Counted from the stretch's first letter, positions 41,921 to 55,323 are shown. The stretch is DNA of 64,000 bases from Octopus sinensis (GCF_006345805.1 NC_042998.1:165664001-165728000); one strand, 5' to 3'. Translations and numbers: made by a program. Notes: generated by a model not told the origin, from the sequence alone.

Positions 41921-42366
41921 TAGTAGTGGTAGTAGTAGTATATAGCTATTACATACTATTATCGGGACAATAAATCTCAAAATTTTTCTAAATTTCTGAG
42001 TTTCCTCTCTTTATTACTAGCATCGCACACTTATCAATTCCAAACTTCATACCAATGTCGTCACTTGCAACAAATGAATCTAGTTCTTCCTCACATTTGG
42101 CAAATAATTCCAGGCCGTCCATAAACAGGGGATAGTTTATTTCTTCACCACTGCTAAATTTGTTGCATAATTTAGTCTCTCTCAAGGTCAATCTTAGAAG
42201 GATGAGACCAACCACGAGAATATTCCTCTACTTATGCTGACTTCAGTCAACTCATCTTGACTAGATGTTAGAACAGTTTTCCGTTTTAGCATACTGTTTT
42301 GTAAGAACTGAATCACATTCTCTTTCGTCCCAAATATAGTGAGACATTCTTGGGTCCATGAGTGTA

Positions 42367-43658
42367 CGAGGGGCGTTCAATAAGTAATGCCCCTGACCCA
42401 CTTCCCATAGCAGTAGAGCAACGACACTTGGCACAGTTATTAGTCTTTTTCTACCTAGAAACCACCCAGAGTTACGCATTTCTCCCATTGTTTGATGCAG
42501 CTCTGGAGACCGTTTTTGTAGAAGACCCCAGCTTGGTCCTCCAACCACGACGTGACTTCAGAAATCAAGGCAGCATCATCTGGGAAACGCTTTCCTTTCA
42601 AAAACAACTTCATGGCTGGGAAGAGGTGAAAATCCGAGGGTGCAAGGTCAAGAGAGTTGGGGCATGGGGGAGGAGTTCATAGCCGCACGCCTGTGCTTCT
42701 GATCTGGCGACCATCGAGTTGTGGACCGGAGCGTTGTCCTGCAGGAGGAAGATGCCTTTGCTGATCTTGCCCCGCCTCTTGATTTTGATAGCTTCTCTTA
42801 ATTTCATCAAAAGTGAAGCATAATAGGCTCCTGTAATTGTGGTACCCTTTGCCAGGAAATCTGTCATCACTACTCCATCCTGGTCCCAGAAGACTGTGAG
42901 CATGACCTTGCTAGCTGAGGGCTGCACCCTTGCCTTCTTTGGAGGAGGTGAGTCACGGTGCTTCCACTGCATTTACTGGGCTTTTGTCTCTGGATCATAG
43001 TGATGGACCCAGGTTTCATCCTGTGTAATCAGTCTTTTGAAAAATTTTGACTCATCTTCTTGGCACATCTCCAAATTCGTCCTCGAGCACTCGACGCGTT
43101 TTTGCTTCCGGAAAGGTGTGAGCAACCTGGGAATCCATATGGCAGACACCTTTTGCATACGCAAATGGTCATGAATGATTGGTTTCCACAGACCCGGTAC
43201 TAATCTTGACCTCATGGGCTATTTGGCGAATAGTTATGCGTCGATCTTCCAAAATGGCAGCCTGAACTTGATGGACAGATGCCTCATCAATAGCAGTAGG
43301 GGGCGACCAGATCTGGGAGCTGTTTCCACAGAGTTCCGACCGTGTTTGAATTCACAATGCCAGCGTTTTACAAGGTCATATGATGGGGCATCATCACCAT
43401 AAGTTACTTTCATTTCATCAAAAGTCTCCCGTGGTGTGCGTCCTTTCAAATATAAAAAGCGGATCACTGCCCGACACTCAACAGGCTCCATTTCACACTT
43501 GACTCAGTTCAAACACCTGTAAATCAGAAACCACAATTAATTCAGAGCTGTAATTTACCACTTCATCTATGGAGATATGAATAATTGCACATGCAAAATT
43601 TCAGCTAGATCAAACAACTGCAAGTGGGTCAGAGGCATTACTTATTGAACGCCCCTCG
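42367..43658 (-). mobile_element. Full-length mariner (Tc1/mariner DD34D) transposon, 1292 bp
   Basis: 37-bp TIRs cgaggggcgttcaataagtaatgcccctgacccactt (42367) and its reverse complement ending at 43658, with 1 mismatch. TA duplication at 42365-6 and 43659-60. Confidence 0.96.
42440..43491 (-). pseudogene. Mariner transposase, disrupted
   Basis: MEPVECRAVIRFL..., WIPRLLT, TQDETW, LQDNAPVH, and (Y)SLDLAPSDF after a frameshift, with 34 residues between the 2nd and 3rd Asp. About 5 lesions: -1 near 43300, +1 near 43180, TAA at 42973, -1 near 42655 and TAG near 42455. Confidence 0.92.
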
Positions 43659-44249
43659 TAGCACACTACAATATGGTAATCAATCCATGTTGTTGCTAAG
43701 TTTTTCTTTCTGCTTTTGACTTCTCGGAAGGCATGTTGATCTATATTTAATAGGTCGTTTGTCCTTCTGGAACCTTTTCTACACCAGTTTTGCTCCTCTG
43801 GCAGTAGACCACCCTCCTCGAGATATCTATACATATCCTTTGCAATAACAACTATCAACAACTTCCACATCAGTTGAAGATAAGCTATTTGTCGATAGTT
43901 ACTTATATTTCCTTCTTTTTGGTCTTTCACTCTCAACACACACTGCCTTTCGTCATCCATTCGGGAACAGCACCTATGTCAGTATAACATTCTGTCGTGA
44001 ATTGAGGTGAAAATTTTTAGCCAAAATCCCTTGACCAAATCTGGTCCAGGATATATCCAGTTTGACATCCTTTTCAAGACATTTTTCAACTTTTTCTCTT
44101 GTGATCTCAACGTTTCTTTGTTTTGGTTAACTACATTATTTGCCCCGAGGTCGATAAATTAAGTACCAGTTAAACACTGGGGTCCCTATGATTGGCTAGC
44201 CCTCCTCACCCCAAATTTCGGCTCTGTGACTTTGGTGGAAAGGATTGTT

Positions 44250-45155
44250 ATTACCTCCGCCTTAGCGAAGGCGGAGGTATTGTTTTCAGTCGTGATTGCT
44301 TATTTGTTTGTTGTCCGTGGACAAGATATCTCAAGAACTGCTGGATGAATTCGGATGAAACTTTCAGAGATGTTTAGCCTCGTAACTGGCACGAACTGAT
44401 TAGATTTTGGGATTGATCCGGTACCGGACAAGAATTCTGGATTATTTGTTATATTTACTTTACAAGATTACGATCTTACGTTGACTTTCAAGTCTTTCCC
44501 AATTATCTCCCTTTAGGCTGTTTCCAAAGTTTTATTTTCATTTCTTTATTATTAATTTTACTCGCGTCTCTGTCTTAGTAGAAACTAATGGATAAAGACA
44601 TCAAACTACATAAACAAACGGCAGCAAAACCGTTCAGAAATTAAATAGCATATTTTTATCATATATAATATATTATTCATACATATTAACACTTTACAGT
44701 ATACTTACATATATACATACATCTATACATCGATCTAATACAACAGGAATATTAAAGGAAGGCCGGAATTTAAATGAAGAGAAAACCAAAAGGTCTCATG
44801 CTATTCATTTAAAAATTCCTGAGTAGAACTTATTATTACCTCCGCCTTTGAAAGTATTTTGAATGGTGAATTTGTTAACTTTGGCTTGTATTAGATAAGA
44901 ATAAACTATTTATGACTGTTACTGAACTTTCTACAGCCACCTTCACATTCTATGACTACCACTGGGATTGATCAGGTACCGGACAAGGATTCTGGATTAT
45001 TTTTCCGGGTTTTTTACTTAAGTATTGTTAGAATTCTCGTTTGTGAGAGCAGTCGAGTTTATTTCAGATATTCTCATTTTAAAAATCATCTCTGGCTAAT
45101 TGTTGAGAGGACGTTGGTGCTGCCTTGGCAGATGTTTGCGCTCTCTGAGTGCTCT
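44250..45155 (+). mobile_element. Helentron-associated non-autonomous element (HINE/DINE-1-like)
   Basis: 5' 12-bp perfect stem tacctccgcctt-agcg-aaggcggaggta (44252-44279). 3' partial inverted copy ccttggcagatgt (45123) followed by the small hairpin gcgctc-tct-gagtgc (45138-45152). No TSD; T-rich flanks. Confidence 0.65.
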
Positions 45156-45399
45156 TGTTGTTGTTGTTGTTGTTGTTGATTACTATTATTGAAGCGGTGA
45201 GCTGGGAGAATCGTTAGCACGCCGGGCGAAATGTTTAGGTGTATTTCGTCTGTCTTCACCTTCTGAGTTCAAATTCCGCCGAGGTCGATTTTGTCTTTTA
45301 TCCTTTCGGAGTCTATAAGTTAAGTACCAGTAAAACACTGGGATCGATGTAATCGTCTTGTCTCCACAAATTTCAGACCTTGTGCCTATAGTAGAAAAG

Positions 45400-46030
45400 A
45401 TTATTATTATTATTATTCAGTAGTTTTATTTTTATAGCGTGCTTTCACTTCACTACCGAGCGCAGCTCTGTGTGCCTTGGGTATGTGCTGTGATTTGTTG
45501 TGATGCTCTGATGGTTATTGTATGGAAAGTGTTCTGCGTAGGATGTGTGCAGTGCCTAGTAGTGCAATTTTCTGTATGTTATATGTGTTTGTAAGTCCTG
45601 GTGTTTTGTTATGTATTTGTCTGAATATTTTTTTATCATGCCTAATGCACCTACTATGATAGGAATTGTTTCTGTTTTCAGATTCCACATTCTAGTTACC
45701 TCTATTTCCAGGTCTTTGTATTTTGAGAGTTTCTCCATTTCTTTTAGAGACACGTTGTCATCTGCCGGTATTGATACATCAATTAGAAAGCATTTTTTTC
45801 TTCATGATCTCTGACAACTATATCTGGTCTGTTGGCCTTAATTTCTCTATCTGTGTGTATCGGCATATCCCAGAGTATGGTTGCTTTCTCGTTTTCTGTG
45901 ACCTTTTCTGGTGTGTGCCTATACCATCTTTTTTCTGTTGTTATTCCATAATGTTGGCATAGCTTCCAATGTATGTAGGTTCCAACTCTGTCATGTCTGT
46001 GAATATATTCCTTCTTAGCCAGGACTGGGC
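45400..46030 (-). mobile_element. 5'-truncated R4/Dong-like LINE (restriction-like endonuclease end plus 3' UTR and (TAA)n tail)
   Basis: RHDRVGTYIHW..ILWDMPIHTDREIKANRPDIVVRD..LIDVSIPADDNVSLKEMEKLSKYKDLEIEVTRMW. A single 1-nt frameshift lies in an A run near 45795, and (ATT)n occurs on both sides. Confidence 0.9.
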
Positions 46031-46033
46031 AGC

Positions 46034-46089
<56 letters not shown>

Positions 46090-46308
46090 AAAGGCAGCGA
46101 GCTGGCGGAACCTTTGGCACGCTGGCGAAATGCTCAGCGGTATTTCGCCCGTCGCTACATTCTGAGTTCAAATTCCGCCGAGTTCCTCTTTGCCTTTCAT
46201 CCTTTCGGGGTCAATAAATTAAGTACCAGTTACGCACTGGGATCGATGTAATCGACTAGTCCCCTTCCTCCAAATTTCAGGCCTTGTGTCTTTAGTAGAA
46301 AGGATCAT

Positions 46309-46376
<68 letters not shown>

Positions 46377-46594
46377 TTATTATTACTATTATTATTTTCA
46401 TTATCCTTTTCTTTCTATTCTGTTTCCATTTCTTGCCGAGTGTCTTCGTGACACCTAGGGCAGAGAAACGCTGTGTATACATTAGTAGGTCATTAAAATA
46501 AACACCCCAAGATTGTTAATTTACAAAGTCATGTGATAGAGAAAGAGGGAAGACAGAGAGAAAAAGGAAAACATAAAAAATAAAGAGGGGAAGG

Positions 46595-47099
46595 GAAGAA
46601 AATTCACAGCAACAATACTCTTCTCGATACGTGTGACGTACCAGTTAAGACAATCTTTTGCATTTCCTGTATGGATGTTAAGCCAGGGATCATTCTTAAA
46701 TAATTTTCAGTTCCTTTTTTGATCATTCCAAGTGCTCCTAAAATCATTGGTTTTGTAAGTGTCTTGAGATGCCACATCCTTTCGATTTCGATTAGCAAAT
46801 CTTTAAATTTTCTGAGTTTAACAAATTCTTTTGCCGAGATATTATGGTCACAAGGTGTGCTCGTGTCAATCAAGAAATAGACTTTATTGTTTTGGTCTTT
46901 CACAACAAAAACTAGTTTATTTGCTTCGATGGTCCGGTCTGTACATACTGGAAAGTCTCAAAGAATCGTTACATTTCCTCCCTCAGTTACAGCCTCAGGG
47001 TGGTGCTCGTACCATTTGTCAGCAGTTTTGATTTTATAATACTGACACATTATCCAATGAAGATATTGACCAACTCTGTCATGTCTTGATTTATACTCC

Positions 47100-47100
<1 letters not shown>
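46595..47100 (-). mobile_element. Second, diverged R4/Dong-like LINE endonuclease fragment
   Basis: RHDRVGQYLHW..KWYEHHPE..ILWDF..FLIDTSTPCDHN..KFKDLLIEIERMW..LGALGMIKK. It abuts (ATT)n at 47100. Confidence 0.85.
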
Positions 47101-47160
<60 letters not shown>

Positions 47161-50100
47161 TAGAGCAGCGTGCTGGTAAAACCGTTAGCACGCGGGTCAA
47201 AATGTTTTACAGCTTATTTATTTACATCATTTTTAATTAAGCATCGTTTTGAATTAACCATCGTTTTGAATTATTTCGTAGCTTTGCGATTTTGATGATG
47301 TGATTGTTCATTTTTAGGATAACATTGTATGGTTAGGTGTGAGAGTTTGGGTCTGGTTATCATGAACATAAACCGTGTAGACTATTTGGGCCAAATATGG
47401 CCGGTTTAAATCATCACCTGATCATATCGAGCAAAAGCTTCACTGGCTCTTTTCTCACCTTTTTGTTGGAATCCACAGATTTTTCACTATGCCGGGAGGA
47501 ATGGGGTCTTTTTATATTTTTAACATATATCGTTTCTGATCCTGTTTGCCACTTTTCTATTTCTTTGATATTGATCTGTACAACTTTAATGTCGTTTCAA
47601 TGAAAAATATATACAATTTTACTGCTTGCAAATTCTAATTTGACTCTTAAAAATATTTGAAAGAATAATTCAGTTGGTTCATGAAATAAAAGACCTGTTT
47701 CTTCTTGAATAATGAACTCAAAAATAGAGAAACTGACTATTACTTCATGTTTCATATATTTCGCATGGAAGAAAAGGGTTTAATCAATAACAAAATTGTT
47801 ACTCAGAAGCATCTTTTCTAAAACCAAAAAGGAGACTCCTTTATTACTGAAACATATATAAATGTTAAAAGCACAGCAAAACTGTTAATTATTTTCATAA
47901 TTTATCATACAATTTCTGAATAGATTAAATATAATTCCTCAACCAATATTCAGCTTTTTTACTCTCTATACTTCTATTCCTTCCCGTTTGTTACACAGTC
48001 CATATTTAGCTGGTTGTAAGAAAGAACTAAAGGCGTTATAGGCTTGTCTGAATTTTACGCCGCAGATTGATGGACTAAGTAGAATAGAAACACACTTGGT
48101 AGTATCCTGGTTGCAAATATATACCATTTCTTGAGGTAGACCCCTAGAGAGCTGAGTCTATAACCCCAAAAGCCATGCGGATACACGTACAGAAACTCGT
48201 ATTTCTTAATATAGAAAACAAGAGTACTTCATCCTACCTAAAGAAGTATATGGCTCAACTAAAAGATTAAAAGAATGATTGTTTCCAATACGGGTTGGGA
48301 AATAGCCAGGTGTTTATTTTTTCTTCGCCTAATTTTATGTTTAATTCTTCCTTTGATTCTACAGCGAAAACAATGTTCTAATTTGGTAATCACACCTTTC
48401 CCGGTATTTCTAGTGATTCTTCTGGTCTATGATTCACCAGAACCTTGAACAGAAAACCTTTGAACAAAAGGAATGTGTTGATAGATATATTTTAACCTCG
48501 GGTGATTTATTCAAGGCTAAATTTGTCTTATTTTAGTCTCAACAAAGCTCGACTTAAATATTTTAAAGAAAATAAACTATAAAAAAAACTGTGCAACACT
48601 CCCTTTACTATCTTTTCTGTTTATTCTGATCTCAAGGCAGTTGATACAGTCACTCTAATCTTTTCTTTCACTTCACATTGTTATTATTATTATTATTATT
48701 TTATTATTATTTAGAGCAGCGTGCTGGTAAAACCGTTAGCACGCGGGTCAAAATGTTTTACAGCTTATTTATTTACATCATTTTTAATTAAGCATCGTTT
48801 TGAATTATTTCGTAGCTTTGCGATTTTGATGATGTGATTGTTCATTTTTAGGATGACATCGTATGGAAGGTATGAGAGGTTGGGTCTGGTTATCATGAAC
48901 ATAAATCGTGTAGACTATTTGGGCCAAATATGGCAGGTTTAAATCTTCCTCTGATCATATCGAGAAAAAGCTTCACTGGCTCTTTTCTCACCTTTTTCTT
49001 GGAATCCACAGATTTTTCACTATTCCGGGAGGAATGGGGTCTTTTTATCTTTTTAAAATATATCGTTTCTGATCTTGTTTGCCACCTTCCTACCTTGATA
49101 TTGATCTGTACAAATTTAAAGTCGTTTCAATGAAAAATATATACAATTTTTACTGCTTGCAAATTCTAATTTGATTCTTTAAAATATTTGAAAGAATAAT
49201 TCAGTTGGTTCATGAAATAAAAGAACTTTTTCTTCTTGGAGAAAGAACTCAAAAATAGAGAAACTGACTATTACTTCATGTTTCGTATATTTCGCATGGA
49301 AGAAATGGGTTTAATCAATAAAAAAATTGTTACTCAGAAGCATCTTTTCTAAAACCAAAAAGGAGACTCCTTTATTACCGAAACATATATAAATGCTAAA
49401 AGAACAGCAAAACTGTTAATTATTTTCATATTTATCATACAATTTCTAAATAGATTAAATATAATTCCTCAACCAATATCCAGCTATTTTACTCTCTATA
49501 CTTCTATTCCTTCCCGTTTGTTACACAGTCCATATTTAGCTGGTTGTAAGAAAGAACTAAAGGCGTTATAGGCTTGTCTGAATTTTACGCCGCAGATTGA
49601 TGGACTAAGTAGAATAGAAACACACTTGGTAGTATCCTGGTTGCAAATATATACCATTTCTTGAGGTAGACCCCTAGAGAGCTGAGTCTATAACCCCAAA
49701 AGCCATGCGGATACACGTACAGAAACTCGTATTTCTTAATATAGAAAACAAGAGTACTTCATCCTACCTAAAGAAGTATATGGCTCAACTAAAAGATTAA
49801 AAGAATGATTGTTTCCAATACGGGTTGGGAAATAGCCAGGTGTTTATTTTTTCTTCGCCTAATTTTATGTTTAATTCTTCCTTTGATTCTACAGCGAAAA
49901 CAATGTTCTAATTTGGTAATCACACCTTTCCCGGTATTTCTAGTGATTCTTCTGGTCTATGATTCACCAGAACCTTGAACAGAAAACCTTTGAACAAAAG
50001 GAATGTGTTGATAGATATATTTTAACCTCGGGTGATTTATTCAAGGCTAAATTTGTCTTATTTTAGTCTCAACAAAGCTCGACTTAAATATTTTAAAGAA

Positions 50101-50210
50101 AATAAACTATAAAAAAAACTGTGCAACACTCCCTTTACTATCTTTTCTGTTTATTCTGATCTCAAGGCAGTTGATACAGTCACTCTAATCTTTTCTTTCA
50201 CTTCACATTG
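47161..50210. repeat. Tandem duplication of a ~1.5-kb unit (47161-48680 and 48712-50210), bounded by (ATT)n
   Basis: Colinear throughout; the offset is 1551 at the start and 1530 at the end. Confidence 0.95.
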
Positions 50211-50231
50211 TTATTATTATTATTATTATTA

Positions 50232-50274
<43 letters not shown>

Positions 50275-50955
50275 TCTTTTTCTGATGCTCGTTTTCTTTA
50301 TGTCTCCTTTCCTCTCCCTTACTAAAAATATCCCTGGCATCTAATCTTAGCGCACATAGAAAATGTCAGCCAAAAAAGTATTTACTGCTTTAAGTCGTTT
50401 GTCAAAAATGTCTCAAGGTTGATTTGTCACCGTACATGAAATTTTCTGGCTAGAAAATCGATAACCCGCAATTTTGCCAACTCAAATAAACCCGTTAGAT
50501 TCACTAGCTGCTCTATAATTATACCCGCTCGTACACACGCATTTATACATACATACATACACAAATACATATATGTTTGTATTTATACATACGTACTCAT
50601 ACAAACACATAAACGCATACATACGTACATATATACTTTCAGACATTATAGCATACATTAACCCGTATATTGACTCTTACTTTCAAGGATACGCTCTTGC
50701 AAGCCGCGAACAAGAAATAACAAAATACCTGATACACAACAGGATAGGGATGAAGGTGAAACACCCAGATGTGATAATTGATTCGGATATTGAAAAGTAA
50801 ACATCGTAAACGGCTGCTCAAAAATGTTATCTAGCAGCTTTCTATCAATGTGCTATGATGCAGCGGCCATAACATTCGTCCCAGTAGCACAGTAATAGAA
50901 GTCAGTTGTCCAACGAAATCTGTAGGTATTACACCCGAACTATAACTTTACACAT

Positions 50956-51023
<68 letters not shown>

Positions 51024-52191
51024 CGGAACCTGAAGGAAGCCCCTCGTATGTATACGTGTGTGTTTGCGTGTGTGTGTCTGCTTGTCCCCTATCACCACTT
51101 GACAACCGGTGTTGGTGTGTTTACGTCCCCATCATCTAGCGGTTCGGCATAAGAGACCGATAGAATAAGTGTCAAGCTTAAAAATAAGTACTGGGGTCGA
51201 TTCATTCGACTAAAAATTCAAGGCTGTGCCCCAGCATGGCCGCAGGCCAATGACTGAAACAAAGATAAAAGATAAAAGATATATAAATACACACACACAC
51301 ACGCACGCACACACATACATACGTACATGTACATACACTTTCAAACAAGTTCTCACACGTTCCAAAATTACGCATGCAAATTAGCATGCATGCTTACATA
51401 CATACATACATACATACATACATGTTTATACTAGCAAGAATAAATAGGCACATAAAACATACAAACACCAGTACACGTGTACAGCAAATACATTCACACT
51501 TATACATATACATACACCAACTAAGTTTAGCCTTCCAAAAATGTTAAAAAATCTGTCATTGATTTACGTTGAAGTGACAAAGAACTATCACGTGTCCTTC
51601 TACCAGTGACCGGATAGAGTGTGGTACAGGGGTGATGAAGGGTTTTTTGTGAAATCAGGCCAAACATGAGGATTTTGCTAAGCTAGTTCATGGCCACAAT
51701 AAAATAAAACCAACACACATTTACACACTCACGCAGCGGCTTTCTGCTTCGCTGTTTCTATTTCAGAAATTAAAGCACATTCATGTAATCTGAATTGTAG
51801 ATAACATATACAATTTTAGCCTCGCTGCGTCTTTTCCAGTTTTTTAACCCTTTTACTGGGAAAATCAGATACATCCACTCAAAATTTCACTACCCTTAAC
51901 TGGGGAAAGTAGTTTTATATACCAATCTATCTTTTGTTAAAGAATGTCGTATTTTTTACTTGTTTCAGTCATTGGACTGCAGCCATGCTGGGGCACCGCC
52001 TTCGAGGACTTAGTCGATCAAATCATCCCCCAGTTCTCACTTATTCTATCGCCCTCGTTCTGGTACTTATTCTATCACCCTCGTTCTGCCTAGGTACTAA
52101 GTTACGGGAACATAAACAAACCAACACCGGTGGTTAAGCGGTGATGGGGACAAACACAAACATAAACACCCACCCCCACACACACACACAC

Positions 52192-52246
<55 letters not shown>

Positions 52247-52668
52247 GTGTGTGTGTGTGTGTGTGTGTACATACGACGGACTTCTTTCAGTTTCCATTTG
52301 CAAGGCACTAGTCAGTCCTGGGCCGTAATAGAAGACACTTGCCCAAAGTTCCTCGAAGTATGATTGGGTCTGGAACTACGTGGTTGGGAAGCAAATTTCT
52401 TACCACACAGCCACGCCAAATATGTCTTAGGCAACGTATCTTGCAGAAAATACCAATTCTATATTTTTTTAGTAGATATTTAACGTCCTTAGTGGAGTAA
52501 CCATGAAATTTAATTTTGCAATTAAAGAGTTAATAAATATAAATAAATATTATTTTTCCCTAGGTAGAAAAATTAAATTGAGATTTACATGACTAGTGTT
52601 GCCTTTTGTAGACGTCCAGTAGCGACATAACAACCGAATCTTACTGACAGTGATATATAGAACTTCAG

Positions 52669-52901
52669 AAGGCAGCGAGCTGGCAGAAACGTTAGCACGC
52701 CGGGCGAAATGCGTAGCCGTATTTCGTCTGCCGTTACGTTCTGAGTTCAAATTACGCCGAGGTCGACTTTGCCTTTTATCCTTTCGGGGTCGATAAATTA
52801 AGTACCAGTTACTCACTGGGGTCGATGTAATCGTCTCAATCCGTTTGTCTGTCGTTGTTTGTCCCCTCTGTGTTTAGCCCCTTGTGTGCAGTAAAGAAAT
52901 A
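52669..52901 (+). mobile_element. tRNA-derived SINE family A, full monomer with a 17-bp TSD
   Basis: A-box-like ggcagcgagctggcagaaacgttagc and B-box gttcaaatt. Perfect TSD gatatatagaacttcag at 52652-68 and 52902-18. Confidence 0.93.
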
Positions 52902-53164
52902 GATATATAGAACTTCAGTGGCATTTCAGGTACGAATAGCCAGTACGTGTCTTGAAAAATGAGTAACAGTGATAGAATCAGTATTTATAACAAAAGGCAA
53001 TCTTTATGCCCAAGTTTACGTGAATGTTTTTGTTAGAACACTGAATATTGCGTTATTTACTTTGTGAGAACCTCTCATATGGACATGTGGTAGATAAAAG
53101 CATTTTTATTTATATCATTGACGAACGAGAACCATAACTGCCAGAGCACCTGATTTCATGCGCA

Positions 53165-53400
53165 GACAGGATGCCGAATGCATTCTTGCCGAAGGACAAG
53201 AAGCCGAACGGACACAATTTCGAACGGATATAAGGCCGAACGGATACAATGCCGAACGGACATAAAGCCGAACGGACACAATAATATAAAAGAAAACATT
53301 CCCACCTACATAGTTTAATTAGACTGTCAAATGTTCGTATTGTAGGAATAAAATGTTCATTATGTATACTAATTTTCGGATATCTTTTCGGCATCTTGTC
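53165..53400. mobile_element. Small DNA-transposon-like element with a 14-bp TIR and a subterminal 15-16-bp GCCGAACGGA array
   Basis: gacaggatgccgaa (53165-78) / ttcggcatcttgtc (53387-400), 1 mismatch. Seven GCCGAA units at 53173-53280. Confidence 0.55.
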
Positions 53401-54314
53401 CACCGTAACTGACAGAGCACTTGATTTCGCCTTGTTTGGGGCTCCTCGGTTGAAGACTTCCGGCAGCGACATAGCAGCCGAATCTTACTCTACGATATAT
53501 AAAATTGCAGTATCTCTTCATGTGTTGATGTCTTAAATAACCAGTGGGCTTATTAAGAAATAATTAATAGCGACAGAAGCAGTGTTAATACCCAGAGACG
53601 ATGTCCGAGACTCACCGGATAAAAAGTACTCATTTTATCTGCCCACCGAGTGGTTGATAGCTTATAGTTATTTATATCAGGCACAATCCAAATGTCAACT
53701 AAGATAGATATACCCTTCCTTGCATATCAGTGCATTCGCCGAAAACGTAGTTAATTAATTAATTAATCAATGACGCACTACACAGTATTTATCGGAAAAT
53801 TTGAAATTCTAATTATGCTGAAATATTTGTTATAATACATTGTCAAATATCTCAAATGAGACTAGGAATAAGAAAAGGTGGAACAGTCAAGTCAAGGCCG
53901 TCTTAACGTAATAGACTCCTGGCACGGAAATCTATTGATGATTTTACTGACAAAAAGCCACAGCATGTGTGCGTGTGTGTGTGCGTGTGCATGCGTATAA
54001 AATCGTGTGTAAATATCAGAAAAAGAAGAGATAATTATGTATTATTATATGATTTTAAATATAAAAGTGTATTAAATAGATTTTTGAAATACAAATTTAT
54101 ATAATCATAGGTAAGTTTATAAAAGAAACACGTTGGTTGATGTAGTTCTAGATACAGTACATCTAGCGGAAAAAGTGGAACGGTTGTGGGTAGAATTAAT
54201 GCCTCTAACGATAAGCCTGTTCGATCAAAACTAACGTAGGTCTAAGCAACAGCAACAGCAGTGATATGGTTGAGTGAAGATGGGATAGAAAATTAGATCT
54301 GTGGCACTGTAAAG

Positions 54315-54633
54315 CAGTGGTTCTTAACAAGGGTCCATATGGCCCCTGGGATTCATATAAGATTTTGGGGAGTTCACGCAAGCAAAATAGTAATATGAGG
54401 ATCCACAGTATTATTTTAAGGGTCCACGAAAAAATTTTGCTTTAGATGTACTTATTGCAAGAAACAGCTAGATTTCTATCTCCGACGCTTAACATAGTTC
54501 TACATGGTTCTTATTAGCGTATGCAAATGAAAGTATAAAGGACAAAATAGGAATTTGAATGGCTATGGGTATCCACCGGAGTAAAATAGTAATCAAAGGA
54601 GTCCATAGCTAAAAACATGATTGAGAACTACTG
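54315..54633. mobile_element. hAT (Charlie-like) MITE, 319 bp
   Basis: TIR cagtggttcttaa / ttgagaactactg (11 of 13 match). 8-bp TSD ctgtaaag (54307-14) / ctataaag (54634-41). Confidence 0.8.
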
Positions 54634-55287
54634 CTATAAAGCACAAAACGGATACAATATAAACACATTCGTTTCCATATCACATGATGAGAACAACAAC
54701 GTTGCTTTCTGGTTTCCCACGGGCCAATCACTGATTCGCAATGTTTCAGACAGCGAGAATGGCAAGTATGTGTCTTAATTCAAGGCAAAGCAAATACCTT
54801 GAAGGACATCGTTTGCAAACCACATACATACATAGACATTCATACATATGTACGCATACGTATATACATACATACACACACGTACACACGCGCGCGCACG
54901 CAACACACACACACACACCCAACAACAACACACACACACACACATCAACATAACACAACCTGCAAATTTCACTTTTAAAATATGCACTTTAAAGAGGAAC
55001 AAGGTTGGTTTGTGGGAAGGAAGAGGCACCAAATTGTAGTTATGTCAAGACTTCGTAGATGTAAAAGGCATCACATTTAAGAATGATTAAAATATTTTCC
55101 AGTTAAATATGAATATAAAATGTAAAATCATTCGATAAAAATATAGGACTATCCACGGATATTCTGGTAGTATTAATGAATATAAATATAAATATATTGC
55201 TTTTCTCTTTTTTCTTCCACCGAGAGAAAACTAAAAAATAAAAGAAATGATTCTCTTCCCAGATGTACAATGTAAATAGAGCCTCCC

Positions 55288-55323
<36 letters not shown>

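Larger units (their letters stand above)
41975..44085 (-). mobile_element. R4/Dong-like (RLE-clade) non-LTR retrotransposon RT fragment, split by the mariner
   Basis: NYRQIAYLQLMWKLL..LLPEEQNWCRKGSR..TWIDY on the right flank and LFMDGLELFAK..DDIGMKFGIDKC on the left flank. Removing the mariner plus one TA rejoins Y-C-S-V-L-H-S-W, equivalent to YDSVPHSW. Confidence 0.88.
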
